From the NCBI GenBank assembly GCA_965237675.1, contig OZ250150.1:960001-1024000 (forward strand): a stretch of 64,000 nt of DNA, written 5' to 3'. Of the stretch, positions 30,956 to 41,270 are shown in pieces. The translations under genes and the position numbers were made by a program. Each line of letters starts with the position of its first letter. Position 1 is the stretch's first letter. Origin of the DNA: Candidatus Latescibacterota bacterium. Lineage in GTDB: Bacteria; Latescibacterota; UBA2968; GCA-2709665. The notes under the pieces were generated by a model. The model saw nothing but the letters and a program-made list of their open reading frames with translations. It did no database searches and was not told where the DNA came from.

Positions 30956-32917
30956 GTGGAAGCCAAGCTGATCTGGTTGTTGATCTTTGTGGGTCTATAC
31001 TGGGCCTATTGTCTTTTCTGGGGGTTCCGGGGGGCGCTGCGCTCGCGTACCTCCGCGGACTATTTCGTGGCCGGTCGCAGTATTGGGGTCTGGGTTTTTG
31101 TGCTCGCCGCCACGGCCACCAGTTTTTCGGGCTGGACCTTTGTGGGCCATCCGGGCCTGATTCTGGAGGCGGGCCTGCCCTATGCGTTTGCTTCCTTTTA
31201 TGCGTTGACGATCCCGCTTACGGGCGTGTTTTTTTTGAGGCGGCAATGGCTGATCGGCAGGGCGTTTCAGCATATCACGCCCGGCGAGATGTATTCTCGC
31301 TATTACGGGGGCGATACGATCCGTTTGCTGACCGTACTCGTGGCGTTTCTTTTCAGCGTGCCTTATCTGGGGGTGCAACTTCGGGCCTCGGGGGTGTTGT
31401 TCAACGTCCTTTCCGATGATCTGATAAGCGTCGAAGTGGGGATGTTCGCCCTGTCCGCCATTGTGATGATTTACGTGGCTGCCGGCGGGCTGCGTTCCGT
31501 GGCTTACGTGGATTGCGCGCAGTGCATTCTTCTGGCGTTCGGGATTGTGGCGCTGGGGTTTGTTGCGGTTCATTTCGCAGGCGGATGGTCCTCATTCACC
31601 GAGGGCGTCGGAAATCTGGTTCGGCAGGACCTGGCATCGGGAAAGGGACTGACGGCCGCGGGGCATTCACATTACGTGGCGCTTCCCGGCTCAATTCAAA
31701 TTGTCTCCGCGGGGTCGAAAGCGGTCGGCGGCGTCTGGACAGGTATGATGTGCATGACTTATATGTTCGCACTGATGGGCATCCAGTCTTCGCCCGCGTT
31801 TTCGATGTGGGCCTTTTCCAACCGCAGCAGTAAACCGTTCCGTTGGCAACAGGTGGTGGCTTCTTCGCTAATCATCGGGATCATCCTTTTTACCTTTACC
31901 ATTTTTCAGGGGCTGGGCGGCAATGTGCTGCTGGCCAACGGGGTCTTCGACGAGGTGAGCCGGCCGAAATTGGTGCCCCAGTTGATCAACTTGCTTTCGG
32001 ACAGTTATCCGTGGCTCGTGGGATTGCTGGCTGTGTGTGCGCTGGGGGCCATGCAGAGCACCGGGGCGGCTTATATGTCGACGTTCAGCGGGATGGTAAC
32101 CCGGGATCTTTATCGGCGCTATATTTCGCCAGACGCGTCGGACAGTATGCAGAAACTCTACGGCCGAATTTTCGTGATTATCGTAACGCTCGCGGCGCTT
32201 TTTGTCGCGGCCAAGTCGACACAGGCCATCGTGATGCTGGGCGGTCTGGCCGTGGCGTACGGGTTTCAGATGTATCCGGCCCTGATGGGGCTATGTTACT
32301 TCCGCTTTTTCACGCGGCGGGGTGTGGTGTGGGGGCTGGTGGCGGGACTCGTGGCTGTCACACTCACGGACCGCACGGTTGCGGAGATCCTGCCTGCGAT
32401 TATGGGATCTATACAGCTGTTCCTTCCGGAGCGCATTGCATCGTCGATCGGAGACGCGCCCTGGGGAGCGTACCCGTTGACGATTCACAGTGCCGGCTGG
32501 GGAATTTTCTTCAATCTTCTGGTCGCCGTGCTGGTTTCCTACCTGTGGCCGGAGACCGGCGCGGACCGGGAGAAAAAAGCAAAACACCACCGCTTCGTTC
32601 AGGCGGTTTCGGGTATTTCCGAAGATCGGCGCAGACATGTACCTCTGGCATGGCTGCTGACCGTGGTCTGGTTTCTCGTGGGTTTCGGACCCTTTGCCGT
32701 GGTGGGAAATTCGCTGTTCGGCGATCCCAACCAGCCCGCGACGTGGGGCCCTTTCGGCCTGCCTTCGCTGTGGGTATGGCAGTTGTTGATGCTTGTTTTC
32801 GGAATCTTCGTCATGTGGTACCTGGCGTTTTATGTGGGGCTTTCGAAACCGATTCCGCCCGAGAAGGTGGAGGAGGCGCGGAAGGCGCATCTGACGGAGA
32901 CGGATGGCGCAACCTGA
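30956..32917 (+). CDS. Sodium:solute symporter family protein
   Basis: DYFVAGRSIG, AATATSFSGWTF.GHPG, GGLRSVAYVD..Q, AMQST; many TM helices; GTG after GGAGG. Confidence 0.88.
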   Translation: MEAKLIWLLIFVGLYWAYCLFWGFRGALRSRTSADYFVAGRSIGVWVFVLAATATSFSGWTFVGHPGLILEAGLPYAFASFYALTIPLTGVFFLRRQWLIGRAFQHITPGEMYSRYYGGDTIRLLTVLVAFLFSVPYLGVQLRASGVLFNVLSDDLISVEVGMFALSAIVMIYVAAGGLRSVAYVDCAQCILLAFGIVALGFVAVHFAGGWSSFTEGVGNLVRQDLASGKGLTAAGHSHYVALPGSIQIVSAGSKAVGGVWTGMMCMTYMFALMGIQSSPAFSMWAFSNRSSKPFRWQQVVASSLIIGIILFTFTIFQGLGGNVLLANGVFDEVSRPKLVPQLINLLSDSYPWLVGLLAVCALGAMQSTGAAYMSTFSGMVTRDLYRRYISPDASDSMQKLYGRIFVIIVTLAALFVAAKSTQAIVMLGGLAVAYGFQMYPALMGLCYFRFFTRRGVVWGLVAGLVAVTLTDRTVAEILPAIMGSIQLFLPERIASSIGDAPWGAYPLTIHSAGWGIFFNLLVAVLVSYLWPETGADREKKAKHHRFVQAVSGISEDRRRHVPLAWLLTVVWFLVGFGPFAVVGNSLFGDPNQPATWGPFGLPSLWVWQLLMLVFGIFVMWYLAFYVGLSKPIPPEKVEEARKAHLTETDGAT

Positions 32918-33002
32918 TCCAAGCGACAGTCAATAACAAATGAGGGGATTTCACAGACAGGCCCGCATCCACACATGAGAGTGTGGTTCAAGATCGAAAA
33001 GG

Positions 33003-33036
33003 AAAAGGACGGGTTCCGTTAACGGGCCGTCCTTTT
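33003..33036. terminator. Probable bidirectional intrinsic terminator
   Basis: AAAAGGACGG...CCGTCCTTTT hairpin between convergent genes. Confidence 0.7.
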
Positions 33037-33066
33037 CGGCTTTTTGAAGACGTTCAGGTGACAATA

Positions 33067-35394
33067 TCACCACAGCAATACCGGTCCTCGCTCGTCCTCC
33101 CAGTCCATACGCACGCGGTCCCGTCCCCCGTCGGCATGTGTGATGCTGACGGTCCACACGTTCGCCCGGCGGATGGTTTTCGTCGTGATTCCGGCAGTGA
33201 CGCGGTCTGCGCCAAACGGGTATATCACGTATCCTGTTCGGAACGGGAGCCGGGTCCGTCTTTTGTAGACGGCCACGGGCGACGGCACGTCCTGCCCGCT
33301 GATGGCCAGCCAACCCTGCACCGGTTCGTTCCGCCCGCAAATCAACCGGGGGGTCATCCTGACCAGGGGAAGGAGTTCCAGGTTGGGTGCGTTCATACGC
33401 CCCGTGCGGACGGCTCCGGTGTCGGGGTCGATAAGCAGGCGGAAAGGCATGAAGTGGAAGAACGCCTCGTACGTGTACCTGCCATCCCCGGTCAATTCAT
33501 CGAAGATCACGAAATAATCGGGTTTGACGAAAATTATGGCTCGGCGGTGCCGAATCGACGAATCCAGGTCCGCATAGGGTGCGTCGTAGCTTGCCACGGC
33601 GACGTCGGAATGGTCATCCGAATGCCATATCGTCGTATCGCGAGCGGATTCGGTCCACTGTTCGATGGTCTGATTGCGGCCCCGCGCCTGTGGCCGACCG
33701 TCCACAAGGACGGTATTGTGCGCCTGCGTTGTGGTATAGAACCGGGTCCACGGGTTGGTGTAATAAGACGTGATGCCGGGATCCACAATGAATGGGGTGC
33801 CATGCGCATAGACTTCGAAGCTCAGTTTGTCTTCGTGCTGGTGCCAGCGGCCGTAGGGGCCGCCCTCAAAGAAGAGATATCGGGCGTTCCGATCCCAGCC
33901 GCTTCGCATAATGAAGTAGCCCGAGTCCCGGAGGGCAATTGATTTGTAGTCGGGCGGGGCGCCTTCGCGGCCCTCGGTGCCCACCCACACCGAGGCTGGA
34001 TTGTCGAAAATGCGGCCGGGGTGAGCGAGGGAGTCTGCATATTTCGAATCCAGGCTTCCGGCGTCGGATACGGAGGGATGGGTGAAATCCGGTCGGGTGA
34101 TGGCCACGCACCAGTCGAACATCGATCGAATGCCGGCCTCCAGTTCGGGTTCGAGCGGATGGTTGAATTTCCGCGCCACCTGAAACGATTCCAGGAACCA
34201 GGTGGCAATGCCCATCTGGTAACCCGGCGTGAGTTCGTACGACGCCCCGTCGGACATCACCTGCACGCGCATGTCGTCCAGCAGCCTGCGATATCCCTCT
34301 TCCCGCCAGGATGCGGCGTCTCTGAATTCGGGGAAAGCGCAGCCCAGCGCGCCAATGGTGCGGGCTTCCGCAATGGTCTTGTTGGAGGGCGGGTAGGACT
34401 GGAACTTTAGCAGGTAGGCCTGGTGCTCGTAAATGGACTTGAGCATGTCAATTATGGTAACGTCGTCGGTTTCCGGACATGCGCACAGGACGCGGAAGAC
34501 GTCCACGAGCGTGCTGAAGGGACGAATGGCAACCACTAGCGAATGGCCCCAGGGGTAGCCGCCGGCGCGAACGCCGCAGGGTACCGGGCAGCGCCGCATC
34601 CAGTCCGCGATGTACCGTTCAATGCCTTTTGCGTATTTCGCCTGTCCGGTTTCCCAGAACGCGTCTATCGCGGGCCTGAGGAACAAAAGATAGTGGATGG
34701 CGAGTGTCCACTCGATATAGCCGGTGGGATTGGCTTCCCAGTCGATATCCGCGGACCAGTCCTGGCCCAGGATCCGGCCTTCCAGAATTCGATCGGCCTG
34801 ATCGGGATCGGCCGTCGGCGTCTGTTCGCTCCGAATCAGTTCCCGGTCGAAGCCGCTGGATCGGAAATATGCCGCGACTTCAGGCAAAACAGATCCGGCG
34901 GATGCCCCTTTTGCCGCTTCCAGGCCGGGATGATCCAGGTTCAGCGCGGCAATGAGGCGTTCGTCCGTCAACCGGGGACCCGGTGTGACGTCGCGTTCCA
35001 CCAGGCGAATGTTGCGAAACCGGCTGCCCTGGGGGCCATCGACCGTTGCCGATCGCGTTTCCTTCCATCCCGAAGGCATCCCCTGCGTATAGAAACACCC
35101 GGCGGGGAACCGGAATTCCCGCCATCCCTCCCAGATGTTGCCGCCGCGCGGGGAGACGATGGCGTTGAACTGATAGCCATCGTCCTCGCTCATGCCCTCC
35201 GTGCGATTGCCCGACGTCAACCGGCACCGGATCTGGCCGTCCGCGTTGGGCGGTAGACAGATGTCGGCCCGTATTTCGTTTGCGCGCCGCCAGTCCCCCG
35301 CGTCCACGGGTAGATCGACATTCTCACCGTGCTCGGATTCCACAAGAAGCTGTTCCGAGATTACCGTGTCGTCCTGGAATTTCTCGAGGTCCAT
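33067..35394 (-). CDS. Heparinase II/III-family polysaccharide lyase
   Basis: DGASYELTPGY, SGYFIMRSGW, HQHEDKLSFEV, DPG..SY, AHNTVLVDG and HRRAIIF; probable start MDLEKF. Confidence 0.85.
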   Translation of the reverse strand: MDLEKFQDDTVISEQLLVESEHGENVDLPVDAGDWRRANEIRADICLPPNADGQIRCRLTSGNRTEGMSEDDGYQFNAIVSPRGGNIWEGWREFRFPAGCFYTQGMPSGWKETRSATVDGPQGSRFRNIRLVERDVTPGPRLTDERLIAALNLDHPGLEAAKGASAGSVLPEVAAYFRSSGFDRELIRSEQTPTADPDQADRILEGRILGQDWSADIDWEANPTGYIEWTLAIHYLLFLRPAIDAFWETGQAKYAKGIERYIADWMRRCPVPCGVRAGGYPWGHSLVVAIRPFSTLVDVFRVLCACPETDDVTIIDMLKSIYEHQAYLLKFQSYPPSNKTIAEARTIGALGCAFPEFRDAASWREEGYRRLLDDMRVQVMSDGASYELTPGYQMGIATWFLESFQVARKFNHPLEPELEAGIRSMFDWCVAITRPDFTHPSVSDAGSLDSKYADSLAHPGRIFDNPASVWVGTEGREGAPPDYKSIALRDSGYFIMRSGWDRNARYLFFEGGPYGRWHQHEDKLSFEVYAHGTPFIVDPGITSYYTNPWTRFYTTTQAHNTVLVDGRPQARGRNQTIEQWTESARDTTIWHSDDHSDVAVASYDAPYADLDSSIRHRRAIIFVKPDYFVIFDELTGDGRYTYEAFFHFMPFRLLIDPDTGAVRTGRMNAPNLELLPLVRMTPRLICGRNEPVQGWLAISGQDVPSPVAVYKRRTRLPFRTGYVIYPFGADRVTAGITTKTIRRANVWTVSITHADGGRDRVRMDWEDERGPVLLW

Positions 35395-35636
35395 GGATGG
35401 CTCCCTTTTCGTGTACGGGATCGAATCGCCCGCCCCGGGTGAACCTTGTCCGATACAGATATGCCTGATTAAGGACAAACGATGGCTTGCAGAGGATTTA
35501 CATTCTACTGAGTTAAAGCGCCGAGGGCGGGACTGGCGAGCCACTTACATGGAGGAATCAGTGTTCCGCCTAAAGTCAATCCAGTAGAACTGTCGACAAA
35601 CAAGTCCTATCTCACGGCTGGTATTTGACGGAACTG

Positions 35637-36140
35637 TCATCTGACCATGGTTCGAGCCAAGCAGTGGATTATTTCCTTTCCTGCTTGATACGAAGAGACT
35701 ACTTCGGAAAATGTAGCAGTACTAGGGATCTGGCCTTGGTGGGCAAAAGAATGGCGCCACTGAATGATGTTGTTATAGGACGATCTCACATTTATGCCAC
35801 TTGAACGAAGTAGCTGTTGTTCTGCCTGCTGCACTTCCCTCGTGTAGCGAGATACATACTTGCCACCGAATCGTGGGATGTGGGTACGCCGCAAATCTTT
35901 TGTACCAATGCGACCGTTTAACCGCCCAAAATAACTGCTGGCATAATGTCCAAACACTCTGTGCTTCTTCTCGCAGAATTCAATGAATATATCTTTCACT
36001 GCCAATTCGTAGACTGTAGTAGCCGCTACCGCAACGAATCCTACGTATCTTGATGTAATAAACGGATCATCTAACGAATCAACAACCTCGTTGAGATGGG
36101 AAAGCAAGTCGTCCGCAAGCTTAAAATGGTCAGTGTACAT
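35637..36140 (-). CDS. HEPN-domain protein (RiboL-PSP-HEPN/MAE_28990-like)
   Basis: Rx4H motif WRHSFAH and upstream E-containing helix (TVYELAVK); 6 bp downstream of the DUF262 gene. Confidence 0.75.
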   Translation of the reverse strand: MYTDHFKLADDLLSHLNEVVDSLDDPFITSRYVGFVAVAATTVYELAVKDIFIEFCEKKHRVFGHYASSYFGRLNGRIGTKDLRRTHIPRFGGKYVSRYTREVQQAEQQLLRSSGINVRSSYNNIIQWRHSFAHQGQIPSTATFSEVVSSYQAGKEIIHCLARTMVR

Positions 36141-36146
36141 ATCACC

Positions 36147-37220
36147 TTACTGAACTAGATGATTTCTGGCCGCTGCAAATCGATCTTTGAGTAGCTGGGT
36201 GTTTGTCGTACTACCTCGAGTACAAGCCAGGAAGGATTCGTCCTTAGTGAGTCGTGAGTACCGATTCTTCAAATCCGTTGGGAGCGATTCGATGTTGTCT
36301 AGGAGTGTGCAAAAGACTGCATCGAGAACTGACGCGTTGAGTGGTCCCCGCAGGTGAAAGGGCTTCTCACCAAGGGCATTTACGATTAAGTCACAGGTAT
36401 GGGTGAATAATCTAATGAACTGCATTACACGGCTGGAAGTTCCCTTCTGATTCTGGCTCATTGATTTGTTCAGATACTCTTTCATTGGCTTCTCGTACGA
36501 TTGCCAACTTCGACTGAGTGCGAAAGCACGGAGTATCAGTTCGACATCGCGCTGATGCTTGTCGCGATCCTTTCGGCCAATTATCAAACGCCAGTTTGGA
36601 TCCCTGTTTAGCTTATGTAGTGTTTCCGCGAAATCACCACGAAACACGCAGTTTCGTATCTCTTGGGGTTTAAGGGCGGTTCCCCCTGTGTTCAGCCTCT
36701 CAAATATGTGGTAGATGCTTGTGTTTTCGTCGGACGGGCTGAGTTGGCGAACGTTTATTGCCCGCAAGACAGAATTGTGAAGCTTCCTCCTGTCCGAGTC
36801 ACTCAGGTCTCCATAGCGTAGATTGTGGTATGGACTTTTTTCATCAAGCCCCCTTAACCTGAAGACTTGCTTGCGCCCCTGGGTCGTTTCTTCTCCAAAG
36901 TACCCATCAATGTAGTAGACGATGCTCAAGATGCGCTGTTGACCATCAATGACGAGATTTCTGTTCTGGTCATCGATATAGAAGAAGACATTTGGAACCG
37001 GAAGACCAAGCAAGAATGACTCAATTAGAAGAGAAGACTGCTCGATCTTCCAAACAAAGCCACGTTGGAAACTTGGAATCTTTATATCGCCGCCATGCCA
37101 CATTTCACGGATACCACCTAACGTGAAATCTGACGGATACGTGGCTATGTCATACTCAACCAGTGGCGCCTCCTCAGGTTCTTCTTCATCAATTTCCAAT
37201 TCGACAGTGTCATCAGCCAT
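36147..37220 (-). CDS. DUF262 (GmrS/ParB-like) domain protein
   Basis: IPSFQRGFVW, LIESFLLGLPVP, VIDGQQR and IFERLNTGG..L.PQEIRN; low GC. Confidence 0.9.
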   Translation of the reverse strand: MADDTVELEIDEEEPEEAPLVEYDIATYPSDFTLGGIREMWHGGDIKIPSFQRGFVWKIEQSSLLIESFLLGLPVPNVFFYIDDQNRNLVIDGQQRILSIVYYIDGYFGEETTQGRKQVFRLRGLDEKSPYHNLRYGDLSDSDRRKLHNSVLRAINVRQLSPSDENTSIYHIFERLNTGGTALKPQEIRNCVFRGDFAETLHKLNRDPNWRLIIGRKDRDKHQRDVELILRAFALSRSWQSYEKPMKEYLNKSMSQNQKGTSSRVMQFIRLFTHTCDLIVNALGEKPFHLRGPLNASVLDAVFCTLLDNIESLPTDLKNRYSRLTKDESFLACTRGSTTNTQLLKDRFAAARNHLVQ

Positions 37221-37759
37221 CTATTGTTTCCTCCATGCCAAATTCACGAAACATGTTTTCAGATTTGCCGCATAGCGGCCTAAGTTGCCATTCGCACAAA
37301 TGTACGATGTTTATCCGGTACGGGCAACCAACAATTCTCGTATGTAACGCCACCCTGCGCTCCAAATTTAAGTGATGCTTTTTCATATCGCATTACCATC
37401 AGTCTCCACAATGACTCGAGACGAAACTTTATCCCAGCAATCGCATGTGGGGCCCTTTTTTATAGGGTCCTTTTCGGTTCTTAAGCGGACGATCAGTGAT
37501 AAACAGTCGAAACCCGCGGAGTGGTCGAAGTTTACTACGGGCTTGAAATTCGGCCCACGCCTAAACGGAATGGTTGACATTCAGTGGAACAAGATTACAT
37601 TCTTAAGCCTGCTTGGACCGTGCGAACACGAGATGTCTTCCAGTATGTTCCACCCAAAGCCAGTCCGAGCGCCGCCTTCAGAGTTCGATTCGGTCCGGGG
37701 TGATGAAGATTTGAGATTGAAAAAGACGCGGCGGCGATATCTGTAGAAGGAACGATTTT

Positions 37760-38752
37760 ATGGACCTGACCTATCGGCCCCGCCGGTTGAGGCGCACGGA
37801 ACCCATACGGACGCTCGTCAGGGAAACCGTATTGAACGCAGGGGATCTGATCTTTCCCATGTTCGTTACGGAAGGCGTCAACGTGCGGGAGCCAATCGAC
37901 TCGATGCCGGGGCAGTTCCGGTTTTCGGTCGACGAACTCGTACGGGAATGCGAGACGGTGTTCGGCCTGGGCATCTGCGGCGTGAACCTGTTCGGCTATT
38001 CGGAGGAGAAGGACGAGCGCGCCACGATGGCGTACAAGCCGGACGGGTTGATCCAGAGGGCGGTGCGGGCGCTGAAGGCGGCGCTTCCCGACCTCTGCGT
38101 GCAGACCGACGTGGCGCTGGATCCGTATACCACGCACGGGCACGACGGGCTGCTGATCGACGGAGAGATCGCCAACGACGAGAGTGTCGGGGTGCTGTGC
38201 AGAATGTCGTTGTCTCACGCCGAAGCGGGTGTGGATTGGGTGACGCCGTCGGACATGATGGACGGCCGCGTTGGCGCCATCCGTGTGGCGCTGGACGACC
38301 TTGGGTTCAGCAACGTCGGCATTATGGCCTATTCCGCCAAATATGCATCCTGCTTCTACGGTCCCTTCAGGGGGGCGCTCAAGTCCGCGCCGGTGAAGGC
38401 CCGTGGCGTACCGAAGGACAAGAAGACGTACCAGATGGATCCCGCCAATATTCGGGAAGCGATGAAAGAGATCGCACTGGATATCCAGGAAGGAGCCGAC
38501 GTGGTGATGGTGAAACCGGCGCTGCCGTACCTGGACGTCATCGCAAGGGCGAAGGAGAGTTTCGACACACCCATTGCGGCGTACAACGTGTCCGGCGAAT
38601 ACGGGATGGTCCTGGCGGCCGCGGAGCGGGGATGGGTGGAAAAGGAACGAGCCATGGTCGAAACACTGACGTCCATCAAGCGGGCGGGCGCGGATATGAT
38701 TCTGACCTACTTTGCCGTGGAAATGGCGCAACTGTTGAGGGATGGGACGTAG
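37760..38752 (+). CDS. hemB: Porphobilinogen synthase (delta-aminolevulinic acid dehydratase)
   Basis: RPRRLR, DVALDPYTTHGHDG (Asp-rich, non-Zn type), PSDMMDGR, AYSAKYAS.FYGPFR, VMVKP and AAYNVSGEY. Confidence 0.97.
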   Translation: MDLTYRPRRLRRTEPIRTLVRETVLNAGDLIFPMFVTEGVNVREPIDSMPGQFRFSVDELVRECETVFGLGICGVNLFGYSEEKDERATMAYKPDGLIQRAVRALKAALPDLCVQTDVALDPYTTHGHDGLLIDGEIANDESVGVLCRMSLSHAEAGVDWVTPSDMMDGRVGAIRVALDDLGFSNVGIMAYSAKYASCFYGPFRGALKSAPVKARGVPKDKKTYQMDPANIREAMKEIALDIQEGADVVMVKPALPYLDVIARAKESFDTPIAAYNVSGEYGMVLAAAERGWVEKERAMVETLTSIKRAGADMILTYFAVEMAQLLRDGT

Positions 38753-38804
38753 CCGTTGCGTCGGACGATACGCACGTGGAGAAACCGGAAAAAGGAGAAT
38801 TTGC

Positions 38805-38833
38805 TTGACATGGGAATGAGAATTCGATATCGT
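38805..38833 (+). promoter_or_regulatory. Sigma70-type promoter for the trp leader and trpS
   Basis: TTGACA (38805-38810), 17 bp, TATCGT (38828-38833). Confidence 0.65.
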
Positions 38834-38871
38834 TGGCCGGTTCCTCACAATTCTGTCTAAAGGAAAAAGAG

Positions 38872-38949
38872 ATGGCGGCGCACATTGAAATTTCCAGAAG
38901 CTGGTGGCGGTACGATACCCACCGTACCGACCGGCTCACTGCGTGCTGA
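38872..38949 (+). CDS. trpL: Tryptophan attenuator leader peptide MAAHIEISRSWWRYDTHRTDRLTAC
   Basis: RBS AAGGA, 25 codons, tandem TGG TGG at 38902-38907, directly upstream of trpS; absent from the ORF track. Confidence 0.8.
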   Translation: MAAHIEISRSWWRYDTHRTDRLTAC

Positions 38950-38978
38950 ACTAAGGATTCAAAATCAAGAGATGAGCG

Positions 38979-39011
38979 TCCCTTCCGGTCCACGGCGGGG
39001 ATTTTTGTTTT
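38979..39011 (+). terminator. Attenuator terminator upstream of trpS
   Basis: TCCCTTCCG-GTCCA-CGGCGGGGA stem-loop followed by TTTTTGTTTT, ending just before the trpS RBS. Confidence 0.7.
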
Positions 39012-39024
39012 GGAGGGAATCGCA

Positions 39025-40089
39025 ATGGACGAACGGAAACGGATCCTGACGGGAGACCGGCCCACGGGGAGGATGCACCTGGGACATTACGTCGGCTCGT
39101 TGAAAAACCGGGTGCGGCTGCAGGACGAATACGAATGTTATTTCCTGGTGGCGGACCTGCACATGCTCACAACCCGGCCGCAGAAGGAACATATCCATGC
39201 CCTGCGGGAGAACGTACGGGAGATGCTGCTGGACTACCTGGCAGTGGGCATCGATCCGTCCAGATCCACCATATACCTGCAGTCGGCGGTGCACGCGGTG
39301 TACGAGATGAATCTCTTCTTCGAGATGCTGGTGACCCTGCCGCGAGTCGCGCGCTTGCCCAGCATCAAGGATATGGCCCGCGCCGCCAGGTTGGACGACG
39401 AGGCGATCCCGTTCGGGCTTGTCGGATACCCTATTCTGCAGGCGGCGGATATTATGACGCCGCGGGCGCACCTGGTTCCCGTGGGAAGGGATAACTTGGC
39501 GCACGTGGAGGTGACGCGGGAAATTGCCCGGCGGTTCAACAGCTACTACGGGGAGGTTTTCCCGATTCCGGACGCCCTGATCGGTGAGGTCCCGGTTCTT
39601 GTGGGTACCGATGGCCAGGCCAAAATGAGCAAGAGCCTGGACAATGCGATATTTCTGTCTGACGATGCACAGACGGTTAAGAAAAAGGTGCGAGGAATGT
39701 TCACCGATCCCAACCGGGTGCGGGCCGATATTCCCGGCAAAGTGGAAGGGAATCCGGTGTTTGTCTATCACGATGCGTTCAACCCGAATCGGGAAGAGGT
39801 GGCAGACCTGAAGCAGAGGTACCGGGCCGGGAAGGTCGGCGACGTGGAGGTGAAGGAGAAGCTGACACGGGCGCTGAACGATTTTCTCGACCCAATTCGG
39901 GAGCGAAGGGCGCGATACGAAGCGGATACCGGGTACGCGGAAAAGGTATTGTACGAAGGAACGCTGCGCGTTCAGGTGGTCGCCGATGAAACGCTCAAGG
40001 CAATGAAGAAGGCGATGGGGCTCACCGGTGTCTGGAACCGGATATCGAGGAAGGGCCGGGAGCGGATGCGGAAGGACTCCGAATCGTGA
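39025..40089 (+). CDS. trpS: Tryptophan--tRNA ligase
   Basis: TGDRPTG, HLGH (HIGH motif), [15 protein letters not shown] and KMSKS; RBS GGAGG. Confidence 0.97.
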   Translation: MDERKRILTGDRPTGRMHLGHYVGSLKNRVRLQDEYECYFLVADLHMLTTRPQKEHIHALRENVREMLLDYLAVGIDPSRSTIYLQSAVHAVYEMNLFFEMLVTLPRVARLPSIKDMARAARLDDEAIPFGLVGYPILQAADIMTPRAHLVPVGRDNLAHVEVTREIARRFNSYYGEVFPIPDALIGEVPVLVGTDGQAKMSKSLDNAIFLSDDAQTVKKKVRGMFTDPNRVRADIPGKVEGNPVFVYHDAFNPNREEVADLKQRYRAGKVGDVEVKEKLTRALNDFLDPIRERRARYEADTGYAEKVLYEGTLRVQVVADETLKAMKKAMGLTGVWNRISRKGRERMRKDSES

Positions 40090-40221
40090 GGATACCCGTG
40101 GCACAACGTTTGGGCAATTCGATCGGAGAAGTGGAGATTTGCATTCAGCGCTGGTGGTTTTGCGCAACGGGAGCCGTGCGTCCGCCACCGGATGATCGCT
40201 CGAGACTGACGGCGGTGGGGT

Positions 40222-41217
40222 TCAATACCGGCCAGTACGCTCACTGTTGGCGGCCTCGAACAGGCCGGCGGCGAGCGCTTCGAGGCGCTCGCGCCATGCC
40301 AGTTTGTCGAGCCAACCGGTGGGCGCGCCCGACATGCCCCACAGCGCGCCGGCAAGCTGACCGGTGACGGCGGCCACCGTGTCGGCGTCATCGGCGAGAT
40401 TGGCGGCCAGAATCAGGGCATCCTCAATCGATCCCGATCTGTCCACGCACCACAGCGCCGCTTCGAGCGTGTCCAGTACGTATCCCGACGAGGAAATGGC
40501 GTCGCGCTCCCTGGCGCGCCACGACCCCGCAGCCACCTCTGCGATCTGAGCGTCGCCGCTCCAGACTCGGGTGCGCAGGACGGTTTCTTTCGGAGTTCCG
40601 GCTATCGCCTCGATCAGCAGTTCGGTATAAAGGGCACAAGCCTCTACCGCTTGCGGGGCGCCGTGCGTGGTGCGGCTTTGCAACCGGGCGGCCGCCGTCG
40701 CCCTGGACCGGTCGTGCCACCAGCGGATCGCCACCGGCGACAGCCGCATGAGCGAACCGTTGCCGGCACTCCGCGGATCGGTGCTGCCGCTCAACGGCTC
40801 ACCGGTATTTCTATAGGATTGGAGCGCGGCGACCGTGGTCACGCCGATATCGAAACACTCGCCGGTGACCGAGTTGTGTCCCTCCTCCCACCACCGGAGA
40901 AACCGTTCCATCAGGTCGTGCACGTCGAGCAGGCCCCGTTCAAGCAACGAGTCCGCGAGGCAGAGAGCCATGCTCGTATCGTCGGTCCACTCTCCAGCGG
41001 CGCGGCGGAACGGGCCTCCACCCACCAGGTCGGTAACCGGTGGCTTTGTGTCCCGCCCGGAAAATTCGAGCGTCGTGCCGAGCGCGTCGCCCAGCGCAAG
41101 TCCAACCAGCGCCCCTTTTGCGCGGTCCAGAGCCTCCGCCACGTCACGGTCAGGCGCCCGGTCCCTCACGCCACCCTCGGCGAACTTCTGCTCGATGACC
41201 TCACGGAATTCCTCCAA
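40222..41217 (-). CDS. ADP-ribosylglycohydrolase (DraG/ARH family)
   Basis: GLALGDALG, WTDDTSM, CFDIG, AGNGSLMR, SRTTH and DDADTVAAVTGQLAGA. Confidence 0.92.
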   Translation of the reverse strand: MEEFREVIEQKFAEGGVRDRAPDRDVAEALDRAKGALVGLALGDALGTTLEFSGRDTKPPVTDLVGGGPFRRAAGEWTDDTSMALCLADSLLERGLLDVHDLMERFLRWWEEGHNSVTGECFDIGVTTVAALQSYRNTGEPLSGSTDPRSAGNGSLMRLSPVAIRWWHDRSRATAAARLQSRTTHGAPQAVEACALYTELLIEAIAGTPKETVLRTRVWSGDAQIAEVAAGSWRARERDAISSSGYVLDTLEAALWCVDRSGSIEDALILAANLADDADTVAAVTGQLAGALWGMSGAPTGWLDKLAWRERLEALAAGLFEAANSERTGRY

Positions 41218-41270
41218 TGCGATAGGGGGGCGCCGGACCCTCCCGGAAAGTAAGTCGCGGCTCTTACTTG

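Noticed and set aside
38840-39010. T-box riboswitch upstream of trpS
   Set aside because: No T-box consensus or specifier stem is evident; the WW uORF explains the leader better.
37595-40188. Long antisense ORFs (37595-38848, 38965-40188; likewise 6158-7195, 29823-30722, 42848-43936, 49422-50345)
   Set aside because: They are shadows of well-supported genes on the opposite strand, expected at high GC, with no recognisable motifs.
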